From: Tubiluchus corallicola
Taxonomy: Eukaryota; Animalia; Priapulida
DNA length: 42,359 nt
Assembly (NCBI GenBank): GCA_030141605.1
Contig: JAQGDQ010001407.1
Location: 1-42,359 of the forward strand
Direction: 5' to 3'
Numbering within the stretch: the stretch's first letter is position 1; every line of letters begins with the position of its first letter. Made by a program: the position numbers and the translations under genes. The notes below the pieces were generated by a model. It ran no database searches, was not told the DNA's origin, and was given only the letters and a program-made list of their open reading frames with translations. Positions 24,849-35,389 of this stretch are shown in pieces.

Positions 24849-25894
24849 TATAGGCCTGTACTGATACATTGATGCATCGCGATATCTTTGGTGACGATAC
24901 GTGTATAACCAGAATCATGATAATCTGAATGATTGATATTTAGTACAAGCTTGACCGCCCCCTGGTAAAAACTGTGAGAAACAGTCCAAGCTACAGCTGT
25001 AGAATGTCCTGTAGTTTAACTCCACAGAGCTATCACAACACAGAGTTTACCTAATTGGTCAAGATCAGTACAGTGAGCTCAGCATTAGCAGAGGAGCAGA
25101 CTTGACCTTGACACAGGCACCTTCACAGAGTTCAACTCGGTGGTCACAATCAGTACAGTGAGCACAGCATTAGCAGAGAAGCAGACTTGACCTTGACACA
25201 GGCACCTGCTGCTAGCAGTCAGCCAAAGAGAAGCGGTTGAAAGCACAATGTGTTTGTAATAATATACGTAGTAGCAAATTAGGTTTATGCTTGTAAGTTT
25301 CTGAATTACAGATTGATGATGTAATCCTTATGCGCAGAAGCTCATGGCGCATTAGGTAGTTAGACAAAAGTGTTTTGAGGCCCGCACCTCGAGAGAGATT
25401 AGGAACTGACTTGAAGACGAAGGGCTGGCATTACTATCCTCTTATATTTACCGTGTTGTGTTTAATATTTAATAAATGTGTAGTTTATTAAATAAAGTCT
25501 TGATAGTTTTCCATGCCCATCGTGGCTACCTCACATGCCACGCAATAAACAACAATAATCAGCAAGCAGCTTTAACCACTATAATAAACAGACTTTAACG
25601 CAACCACTATACTAATTATTTTACTGAAGCTCCTGCAGCTTTTCACAGAACATTTAATCAGTGAACTGTTACTGCTATGTCGCAGTAATCTGCTAGTATT
25701 CTTTGCAAATTTACAAGCGTAAGCGTTATAAAACAACTAACGGCATAGAGTTAATTTTCAAAAATGAAGTATAAATGTAACCATTAACATTTAAAGCACT
25801 CGCAGCATTTACAGTTCATACTAAACTGAACAGTTATGACTCATGCTTCACACTAGTAATACTCCACCTTTCGGCTAAAAGATTCAGTCGGTTA

Positions 25895-26427
25895 TTGTTG
25901 TTGGCATCCTTCTGTCTCGGAAGACAATGGAGTGTGCCCGAAGAGAGTCAGTTATTGATCACATTGATGGAGCTGCAGCGTCCACTGTGGCTGAGCAGTG
26001 CGATCCTTGAACGTCTCCAGGGCGCACGCCGGGCAAGGTGTACGGAGATCCTGAGCCAGACAACAGGAACCTCCTCTCTTCCTCCCTGGTGTAGTCCAAA
26101 GGAAAGCGGAGCGATACGTTTGGCACCAGGTTGGCTGCAGGAGCTGCCGGAGTCAGTGAGCATGCTGCACTGGTCCGCCTTCGAGGCTCCACTCCTGATT
26201 TGGAAGGTTTACTCCTCTACACATGGCCGTTGGGTCACTTGACCTCCTCCGCCCTCTAGTCGTTGGCTGCTTGTGCAGCTCCTCCGCCTAGTGTCGAGAC
26301 ACAGTGTGGGCATCCCGCAAGCCTACAGCACCTGGTATTCCTAGGCGACCACCCATCCAAGTACTAACCAGGCTCTACGTTGCTTAACTTCGGTGATCAG
26401 ACGAGAACCGGTGTTTTCAACGTGATT
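25895..26427 (-). mobile_element. 5S rRNA-derived SINE (SINE3) with RTE-like body and (CAA)n tail
   Basis: 5S head at 26319-26426, GC-rich body, 3' end ...CCATTGTCTTCCGAGACAGAAGGATGCCAACAACAA, 9-bp TSD agtcggtta at 25886-25894 and 26428-26436. Confidence 0.85.
26319..26426 (-). pseudogene. 5S rRNA-derived sequence (SINE head, about 12 nt missing at the 5' end)
   Basis: Minus strand reads ATCACGTTGAAAACACCGGTTCTCGTCTGATCACCGAAGTTAAGCAACGTAGAGCCTGGTTAGTACTTGGATGGGTGGTCGCCTAGGAATACCAGGTGCTGTAGGCTT; no T4 terminator follows. Confidence 0.9.
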
Positions 26428-26539
26428 AGTCGGTTAATTGGGTCAAAATAGTTCCATCCCAAGTTAAATCTATTAAGCAGCACCTACTGTAGTCATACAT
26501 TTTTATCGAGAACAACGCATAATAAGAAATTTTTATTAC

Positions 26540-26611
26540 CCCTTCAAACTTGTACGTCTCCAAAATGCAGTTCCAAGCTCCGCTTTGACCCCCTGCCGTC
26601 TGCTGTCTAAC
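26540..26611 (-). CDS. SLC25A45: SLC25A45-like exon 3
   Basis: aacag|GTT...GGG|gtaata; VRQQTAGGQSGAWNCILETYKFEG, phase 0 at both ends. Confidence 0.88.
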
Positions 26612-27755
26612 CTGTTACAAATAGCAAGAATTAAAAAAATGAAAAGATACACGAATTGTTAACCTGTATCCATAAATCTGTATTATTAGGTACACTTTTT
26701 TGGTATACATCTACACTCGTCTAGGTTTAATGGTTATCTTACAAACACAATAAATTGATAGTTTGGCCAGAATGAACAAGGCATAGTGGTACAGCACCTC
26801 TTTTTGTGCAACACTTTCCGTAATGCAGGCACTAGTGCCCATCTAACTAGCGAAGGCTTGATAACATTCAATTATAAGAGGCACCAATTAAATACTGCCC
26901 TTTTAAGGCAATTCTTTTTAAAGGATGGTTTTTCATATACTACCCTATTTTCAAGTACACAAAAAAGTATGTATACATTTTAGCACAATTAATACTGCAA
27001 TCGCGTTCCTGATAAATGTACAGTAGATGAAAATCTTAATTAATGGCGGGCGAGCCCAACTATTGATTACATCACAAACTAACATAATTTTCAGTATCAA
27101 AAATATTCCACGAGCGCGTTGCGCGTGTTTGCAAAAATGAAAATCGATGTATAGTGCTACTAGGCAAGTTTTAAGATAAAAATTAAAATTTCAAATTTAC
27201 CCCAGTGCTCATGTATGAGTGTCGAACGCGTGCAGTACGTCAGAAACGAACACATCTAAACTGAGAGGTACAGCACCTCTTTTTTGTGCAACACTTTCCG
27301 TAATGCGAGCACTAGTGCCCGTCTAACTAGCGAATGGCGAAATGCATTTAACATCAAACAATTATTGATGTAGATACTTTATGGAATTTAGACCCAAAAA
27401 TTATTTGTGAATTAACGCACGATGCATTATTAAAATTTATATACTGGGGTTGAAATCTTGAACCATTTCTATAGTATCCCTATATTTAACCTTTGAAAGT
27501 ATTTCGTTTTGACATTCATTTAAGTTAGATTGTGTGCCTGTTATGCATTTATGTTAATTATTATTGTTTTTTATGCTATTGTTGGACCTACTGTCCAGTG
27601 GTCAATAAACTAACTAACTAACTAACAGCGAAGAACTAGTGGCCCGAATGTAAAATTGCATTTGCGTGGTAATAATTGTTTTACGTAAGGCATTATTTAA
27701 AAAAATAGTACGTTTTCTTTCGATATTTTAAAGAATAGGCTGTTTTGACCTACAG

Positions 27756-28237
27756 CAGGGGTGTGCAAATTATCTGATTAACCGGGCCACATTAAACTTT
27801 CCTGCAATTCCTGAGGGCCACAGGCAGTTTGATCAAGGAGCCAAGTACAGAAAGGCCTAATAACGATTTTTTTGCATCCGACCTGCGTACAACATTACTA
27901 CTACACTCAAGAAACTATTTTAGAAGTTATTAAAATTTATATTACAAACCATATATTTCTACTTTCAGAACAGATAATGGTAATTTCATTACAATACATA
28001 TTAGTAATGTGTATCACACAGTCTGTGTAGTACAGTGACATTAAGCTACAACAGTCTTGTAAGGGTTAATGGCATCCGATCTAGTAGAAAAAACTACCCG
28101 CACTATCTTTGGGATCGTGGCACGGACTTCAGCTGGATACACTCAATTAGTCGCCCGGGCCGCACTTTCATTAGGTTGACAAATCTCTTCACGGGCCGCA
28201 CAAATTCTCTCGACGGGCCGCAATTTGCACACCCCTG
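27756..28237. mobile_element. hAT-type MITE, family A copy 2
   Basis: Same TIR and body as 7548-8026; perfect 8-bp TSD acctacag. Confidence 0.93.
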
Positions 28238-28366
28238 ACCTACAGTTTAACATCGGGTCCGGAATTGCACCACTTAAGCACCACTCTCTTAACTGTAGCT
28301 ATGAAACTTAGTTCTTAACAAAACAAATACTAGCTCTCTAACCCTACATCACCTGTATATTGTTAC

Positions 28367-28410
28367 CTTAACAGTGTCCAATGGGTGACCAGAAACCATG
28401 CCTGCAATAC
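28367..28410 (-). CDS. SLC25A45: SLC25A45-like exon 2
   Basis: ttttag|GT...AAG|gtaac; IAGMVSGHPLDTVK carries the first PxDxxK carrier signature. Confidence 0.9.
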
Positions 28411-28759
28411 CTAAAACAAAGAAATGCAATTTTTTTATATGTAATAAGCAGATAGAATAATACTGCAGTGACACTAGAACACTCTAGGTACTCTCCAGAT
28501 AAACAATACTGCCCAACATAAATAGATAGTAGCATAAATTTGATTTCAAGTACAATTTCTTGCAATAAAACAGTTGTAAATAGAAAAAAAAACGGTAAGA
28601 TTGTCACACAATTCTAAATTTGTATAACACTTTCTGCCTTGCAAACTTTCATGCGTAAATTCAGCCACATACCAGCCATCCTGAAATACCTGCTCAACAT
28701 AACATCACGCGTCGTGATATAACCTGCATATCATAACACTACACGTGGTGTGACCTTAC

Positions 28760-28805
28760 CTGCGCACCATCCGCCGACAAAGTTACTCAGTGCCTCGAGA
28801 CTCAT
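28760..28805 (-). CDS. SLC25A45: SLC25A45-like mitochondrial carrier, coding exon 1
   Basis: ATG AGT CTC... encodes MSLEALSNFVGGWCA(G), donor G|gtaagg; matches the FVAGW start of the SLC25A45/47/48 subfamily. Confidence 0.85.
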
Positions 28806-28959
28806 AGCAACTGCGAAACTCCGCTGCCGGAGACCTCAAGAAAGGGACAGTCGATCTATTCCATAGGCGGCAAAGTGGGCCAAAGAAAGGTGAGCACAAA
28901 TTATGCCAAACCTTGCACTGTCACTAAAAATAGTAAAAATGATTCTGTAGTGTACAGTA

Positions 28960-29464
28960 CAGTCATACCTCTGTTTTCGACCATAATTCGTTCCTAAAAA
29001 GTGTTTGAAAACAGATTTGGTTTAGTACCGAATCATTTATTCCCAGAAAAAATAATGTAAAGCAAATAATCCGTTCTCAAGCACCAAATGAACTGTAAAG
29101 TATTACTGAAACGAAATATATCATAATGCAAAAATGTTTATTCAAACAGTAGATGTGATATAATTGATAAGAAAAACATAATAGAATTACTTTGAAAGAA
29201 AAACATAATTGTTCCTGCATGAAAAAGCGGAGAAAAATAAGCGTAGAAAGCACTTAGCGATGTTAGTTGATTCAAATCTTGTGCGTGACTACTCTCGGGC
29301 GCAGTCGGTTACGCTCGGCTCGCCGCGCATGCATTCATCATGTGTTTGCCGGTTGGTCAAGTACCGAAATTCTGGTCGAAAGCGGAGACAATTTCAGCTC
29401 GCATTTTCTGATCGAAAACCGATTTGTACGAGTACGGAGACGTCCAGAAATGGAGGTATGACTG
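28960..29464. mobile_element. Tigger/pogo-type MITE
   Basis: TA|cagtcatacctc ... gaggtatgactg|TA. Confidence 0.85.
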
Positions 29465-29543
29465 TACTATTATATTATCAATATTTTGTGTTGAGAGTTT
29501 GACCTACAAATGCTTTCAGAACGTGATTCTGTAGTGTACAGTA

Positions 29544-30167
29544 CAGTGGCGGCTCGTGTATAGGTACTGCCGTACTGCAGCACCCCGTTTTCACTCGATA
29601 TTATCGATAATATTCAATATAATAAGTCTTTTTTCTTCAATTCATTTTTTTGTACTTGTGCAGAATGGGAGCCTGTGAGGGAAGTACAATTTGCTTCACA
29701 GCCCATGCAGCGCCGTATTTGGCTGCTGTGTGCATGCAGTCATGCGCACATGTCTGAGATAATATGCCGTATGCTAGCATCTGCTGCTAGCTAAAAAAGT
29801 ACTGTCCCTAACACAGTAACAATTGCCACGTGCTTACCATGTACCATCATATTCTTGGAGGTGATAAAGTATAAACTTAGCGTGTGTGCTTAAAACATCA
29901 ATTATTTAATAATGGACACGTTCCATCCCTAAGAAATAAGTTCTGGGACCGAAAGTGAACTACAACAGCTTAATTTTTCACAGTTGTCTCTCCAGTGTGA
30001 AACTTGCAGTTAAGAAAAGAGGCTGTTCAACACCTTACCTTCAAATATAACTACAACACATGCACTTAAAATTACATATGCCTATTAAGTTTTACATAGT
30101 ATTAAAACAATGGCTAAAAATTTTCTGAAGCAGCACCCCCACTAATTTTACTTACGCGCCGCCACTG
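29544..30167. mobile_element. hAT-type MITE
   Basis: TIR cagtggcggctcgt / acgcgccgccactg; perfect 8-bp TSD gtacagta. Confidence 0.88.
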
Positions 30168-30295
30168 GTACAGTACTATTATATTATCAATATTTTCCGT
30201 TGAGAATTTGACCTTAGTGGAGTGAAGAAGCTGCGAAAAGAGCAAAAATGACAATCTCTGTAAACAGCAAACAGGTCTATTACTATTGCTTACTT

Positions 30296-30804
30296 CAGGG
30301 ATGAGAATGACAAATTGCAAAAAACTCTGAAACAGGCCGGGGGTTTGGGGGCCGCGTAGGCCCCCATGGGGGTTCAAGGGGGAGAAGCAACAAATTGCAA
30401 TTTTGTGACCACAGAGAGCCTCTAAGTGGACTTAAAATATCAATTACCTTGTTTCATGCATAATTTAAAATACCCAACTATCAAGGATACATGATACCTA
30501 ATTGTCTCAAAAATGCCTAAGTACTGGCCGCTCCTATGCAAAAATATATAAAAACTGTCTGCAATTGACTCAAATAACTCCACACAATTGATTCTATATT
30601 TTTATAAATAGAGATCTACACGTGGTTACACTGATGTACGTGATGTAAACAAAGTGACAGCCTGCCAACTAGCGATCAGCTTGTGAAATAATGTACTGGG
30701 TCTGTAAAAATTTTCTCAACGAATTTACGCGATTTACAAAAATGGCACTACTGGTCTTCCAAAAACTCGGAATTCCGCGTATGCGCGGAAAATTCTCATC
30801 CCTG
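30296..30804. mobile_element. hAT-like MITE
   Basis: Perfect 13-bp TIR cagggatgagaat / attctcatccctg; flanked by a 6-bp direct repeat ttactt. Confidence 0.8.
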
Positions 30805-32295
30805 TTACTTAGGAACACGTTAGCGCTCCACCTGGCTAACTAATAAGAGACTGGCTTTCTCGTGATATTTTTAATGTTTCCTAAATTAAACTGACAACAT
30901 TATGATTAATTTTCATGAACACTAGTGTCCAATAATCATTTTGTCTATATTTGTTAAAGGATAGCAGACCAACATGACTTTATAGTCTTCGGTATCCTTT
31001 CTCTAGTTTTAGATCTAGCTATTCATTGTAGCCGTTCTTCAAAATTATTAGTGATTCTGTTATTAATAATGTCCTAACGTAGTGTTATAAAGAGATAAAA
31101 AACTTGAAATTGAATTGAATAAAAGACGATAAATAAAGGGATGTAAATATTAAATAAAAAATGAACGAAAATTACTGAGAAATTGTAAAGGCGCACTTGA
31201 AATTTAGCTAGCTCTTTACGCTAACCATAATAATGGAAATTCTGGCGCACCTCTATATAATAGAAATCAACGACAAAAAATTAAGTTTGGAGAGAGGATG
31301 ATTACCTAACCAGTCTGAGTTAGGCATAACTACATTATATTCTACGCGTATAAAATTTATAAGGATATGTCTCGAAAAGTTCTCAAAGTAGTAACTTCCA
31401 CGAATCCACGTGCTCCATAGGCTTAACAGCCAGTGAACCTGTTATTAATTAATTTCCAACGAGAGAAAACTTATCAGTAATAATTCTTACTTTCTTCTTT
31501 AAGCCATTTGTCTTCCAATCCATTTCTTCACCTAGCCATGATAATTTAATGAACATTGGTCGCTGGAAAGAAAACGAAATGGAAAATATTCCGTGGAAAA
31601 ATTACTAAACAGTTTAGCAATATGCAAGGTCTTTCCTTGTGTCGATCATGGGTTTTGATCAACCAATTTAGACCACAGTAGAAATAATAGCGTGACAGTA
31701 GTGTAGCTGCAGCAGCACATAATGAAACACTTTTTGGTTTCTATAATTTTTTACCGAAACTTTTGTACTTATTTTTGGGTCATCAGTTACATACTTAGAA
31801 GTATGTAAGTATACTTACATACATACAAGTTCATAAATGTCATTGAAAATAATCAACAATAATTATTAGTGTTGATGAATATGAATAATCATGCATCAGT
31901 GTTGGCAATAACAGTATTGCGCAATATTTTTCTTTTGCACCGAATGTGCTTCGAGCACATAATACCACACCAATGAATTGTATAATCTTCAACATCGTAT
32001 ACAGACACTCAATATTGTGCAATATTCAGTTTTGCGCAATAAAATTGACAAACATATTGTGCATGTGTGTGCCGACTTGATTATGATGCTGAAGCTCTTT
32101 TTGCTTTTGTTAAGTCCCACAGCAATGGTGGTAAACAATGCATGAATTCCAGCAATTATTCGAAATTGTTTTCCTACTACTGTTGATTTGAATTCCTATA
32201 GTGAACAGTTCATTAATTATACGCACAAGAATTTGAGTCATTACAATTCACCTATCCATTACAACCATGAAAAGGCCAGCCTCTAGGCATCAACA

Positions 32296-32705
32296 TAGGG
32301 TTACCATAAGTCCAGGTTTTCCCGGACACCTCCTCTTTTTGTGCCTCTGTCCAGGTTTTCAAAAAATCGGCAGTTTGTACGGGTTTTGCCTCATTCCGTA
32401 TGTATGGACATTGCCAACTGCAGAGGAGTACGACTGTACAAGACAAAGAAAAGCTCGTTAATTCTCAATACAAGATGTTGCTAACATCTCAAAATGCAAT
32501 TCCTGAGAGCCAAGAAGAAGCAGGCGACTGACAGTTGCAGTGTGTTAATGTTTTTTGCGGTATCGCCATTTGGTATTGCTATTAGAATACATATAGGCCT
32601 ATTTGTATAATTTGCTTTGTTTTAATATAGACTGGTCATTTTTGCCTACTTACAAGTGTGCGAAAAAGTGTCCTCTTTTTCGACTCAGACAATATAGTAA
32701 TCCTA
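32296..32705. mobile_element. hAT (Blackjack-like) MITE
   Basis: TIR tagggttaccata / tatagtaatccta; perfect TSD catcaaca; tcctctttt subterminal motifs. Confidence 0.88.
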
Positions 32706-33469
32706 CATCAACAAGTTCTTTATTAAATGCAGATGCTCGTTTTTGTGCAAATGTCAGTACCAATACTGGGAATTAAGCCAAAAGAAATAATCAATACATG
32801 TTTGATACTGCAATTACCAAAGCACAAAAAATCATTACAAATTTAAATGAGTGAAATTTAAGTTACCAGAATAGAAGTAGAGATACGTTAGAAAAAGATT
32901 CTGTAAAGAAAACGTAAGGAATTTGTATCTTATACATAGGATTCAGACAAAGATCATACATATTATGTACTTTATTTTTTCTGGAATCTAATGTATAAAG
33001 TACAATTTTTTTTACTCTTTCTTTTTTGTGTCTTCGTAATCGCAGTGTCATAAATGTACTTCTTTCAGCTTAATTAAAAACTTAAAATATTGCTTATTTG
33101 TTAAATCAGACAGTTATTTGTTTTCTGCTGTTATGATAATTAAATCTGGATCACAAATTTATTTTTCAAATACAAAATTTTTTTGATTAATGTATTGCAA
33201 TTGTCAGGGCAATTTATCTTGCTTTTTTACCTTTTTTCTTTCTTTTTGCTATTTGAAATTTTATCTTGCGAATATTGTTTTTCTGAACATTAAAATATTC
33301 TCTTTTCTCTTTTGAACCATATATAATTATGTTTAATGTTTGACTATATTTAGGAACGACTGGTTTTTTGTTTTTGTTTTTTTGCTGTTGCTGTATTTTT
33401 GTATTTATGGACATTTATGTATTTTTAATAGTTGTGTTCTGCTGTCATTAGCATCTTTTTGTTTACTGT

Positions 33470-33608
33470 GTTTCTGAGAAGGGTGGTTGACTAGATAACC
33501 TTTGGTTTTTCGTCACCCTTTCTCCCATGTTCATTTGTATTTCTGTGTATTTTATTGTTAAATTATTGTAAACTTATGGAGAAAAATAAAAAATTACTTA
33601 CTTACTTA
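33470..33608 (+). mobile_element. LINE 3'-end remnant with (TTAC)n tail
   Basis: gagaagggtg...actagataacc...caccctttctc hairpin, then ggagaaaaataaa and ttacttacttactt; same layout as the 23985 repeat. Confidence 0.5.
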
Positions 33609-33850
33609 ATTTCTAGCACTGATAATGACGTTTGCAATGATTGTCTACACATAGTGCACAGCAGATTTATTCCATTAACCGTTAATGACATTTCAGTACA
33701 AGTATTTGTCATGTAAAAAGCAGATTTATAGTACACAGCATGCTTTCTTTTAATATTTGCTGAAGGAAAACTGAATTAAACTTGGTTAATAGTAATGTGA
33801 TGATAGTATAAGACAAAATAGTAAAGAACACGCACATTAAAATTTAATTC

Positions 33851-34107
33851 ATTGCCGACCGGTTTCGAACAAACTGTTCATTGTCAAGGCATCTAAAACA
33901 CAGAAACTTTTCAAAATTTAGAAACAACACCAAAATGCAATTCAGTAGTTAGATAGCCAAAAGATTTAGCAATTTACCTTACAGATTACACATCTAGATT
34001 GGACTGAAACTATGCTACACTCTACAAACAAACAAAAGAAATTTTGGTAATTTTCTTTGTTTTAGATGCCTTGACAATGAACAGTTTGTTCGAAAGCAGT
34101 CGGCAAT
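33851..34107. repeat. 50-bp inverted repeat with 157-bp spacer, also present in the duplicate near 41060-41316
   Basis: 33851-33900 is the reverse complement of 34058-34107 with 2 mismatches. Confidence 0.88.
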
Positions 34108-34445
34108 AAATTCAATTTTGGTGTAGTTACATCTATGGATAATTCAACATGCACATTTATTACATGTTACATGAGTGAGTATGCACTGCATAAAAATGGT
34201 ACTACATGTAAGTCTTATCATGACATAATAGTCACATTTAAGTCAACATAGGAAAACAAGATTTCATGTACTGGCATTCATCGATGCTACAGTTTTTAAT
34301 GGTAATTTATAAAATGTCAAAACATTTAATAAAACGAAATTTACAAAACCGCACGACTGTTGGCACTCATTCTGTTTCACATTAAATTAAACCAAAAACT
34401 TCATAAAGGTAAAGCTAGCAGCTGGTCAATAACATGTCAGAGATA

Positions 34446-35267
34446 CTAGTAATAGCTCTTTTTTTGATTTGGACGTCTAACGAGATCAGGGTTAAATTGT
34501 GAATTGTATCGCCATGTTTCTTTCTCCATTATTTCCGCCTCCTTTTCTTCGGGCGACTTTTCACCTCTGTGCTTTGCTAAAAGCGTTTCAGCTTTTGCTC
34601 GTTCTGCTTTCTCTCTCGCCAGTCGCTCGGCTCGAAGCTGTTCTATGCTTTCCTCAGATGACAGTTTTCTCCTCTTTTCAGTTTTACGATCTCTGTCCTC
34701 ATGCTTGTGTTTATGTTCGCGCTTTGTTTTATGTTTTTTCACATCATGCTTTTTGTCCAAGTACTTTTCCATCTGTCTTAGCGGGTCCATCGACGCTTTC
34801 TTTTTCAAATCTTTTGTGTCGTCTGTAGATGCTTCAACAGAAGTTCGTTTTCCGGGAGCTTTGCTCCACCACGGCTTGCTGGTGGTTGGTTCTAACTGAC
34901 TTTGACCTAAGTATGTGAGCAAGCCGATGTCTTTCTCGTATTTTTCCTTTTCGGCCTTCCGTTCCGCTTCGTATTCTTTATTTGTGCCACCCAAACCACC
35001 CTTTTCCAGGTCTTCAAAGAAATTGAGATGTTGCGACTGTTCTTTTATCGCAACAGCTCCTGAGAGGTCTTCAAGCTTCTCGGCAATATTTTTCGTGCGT
35101 TTTCTGGCTTCCCGCCGAAGGTGCTCTGTTCTTGCTTCCTGCTCAGCGAGTGCCACACGTCGCAATTGCTCCTCCTCGGCAAGGCGAGCATTTTCTTCAT
35201 CCCTTCGCACACGAGCGATGTTTTCCTTCGTGCGAACGTGCCACCGTTTCTTTGGAAGAATGTTCAT
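34446..35267 (-). CDS. LENG1: Leukocyte receptor cluster member 1 homolog (CIR/Cwc25-type N-terminus, spliceosome-associated), intronless, 273 aa
   Basis: Starts with the conserved MNILPKKRWHVRTKENIARVRRDE; internal EKDIGLLTYLGQS, DPL and C-terminal YNSQFNP motifs. Confidence 0.93.
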   Translation of the reverse strand: MNILPKKRWHVRTKENIARVRRDEENARLAEEEQLRRVALAEQEARTEHLRREARKRTKNIAEKLEDLSGAVAIKEQSQHLNFFEDLEKGGLGGTNKEYEAERKAEKEKYEKDIGLLTYLGQSQLEPTTSKPWWSKAPGKRTSVEASTDDTKDLKKKASMDPLRQMEKYLDKKHDVKKHKTKREHKHKHEDRDRKTEKRRKLSSEESIEQLRAERLAREKAERAKAETLLAKHRGEKSPEEKEAEIMEKETWRYNSQFNPDLVRRPNQKKSYY

Positions 35268-35277
35268 ATTGGTGGAT

Positions 35278-35306
35278 CTGGAATTGAAAAGCATCAGCAA
35301 TCAGAC
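35278..35306 (-). promoter_or_regulatory. Putative 3' splice acceptor 10 nt upstream of the LENG1 ATG
   Basis: Minus strand tctgattgctgatgcttttcaattccag|atccaccaatATG: CTGAT branch-like motifs, pyrimidine tract, CAG. Confidence 0.6.
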
Positions 35307-35389
35307 GACGTAACATAAGTCACAACTAATCGCAAATGTACAGTAACATTATTGTGCACACGTATAAATGTATTCTCAGTAAGTATAGG

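Noticed and set aside
25895-26242. GC-rich ORFs of 71-115 aa, or a hammerhead retrozyme
   Set aside because: The ORFs fall in the SINE body; I found no CTGATGA...GAAA core on either strand.
26319-26426. Functional 5S rRNA gene
   Set aside because: The 5' end is missing, there is no T-run terminator, the box C region is altered, and it is fused to a retroposon body inside a TSD.
31487-31523. Possible upstream coding exon MDWKTNGLKKK|gtaag for SLC25A45
   Set aside because: Joining to the acceptor-like sites before exon 1 gives an in-frame stop; at most a 5' UTR exon, unsupported.
31787-31822. 22-bp perfect palindrome gtatgtaagtatacttacatac with an overlapping hairpin
   Set aside because: Short, AT-rich and built from simple (tac/atac) motifs; no functional context.
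35268-35300. N-terminal extension MLMLFNSRSTN of LENG1
   Set aside because: The conserved start is MNILPKK, and the extension coincides with the predicted acceptor pyrimidine tract.
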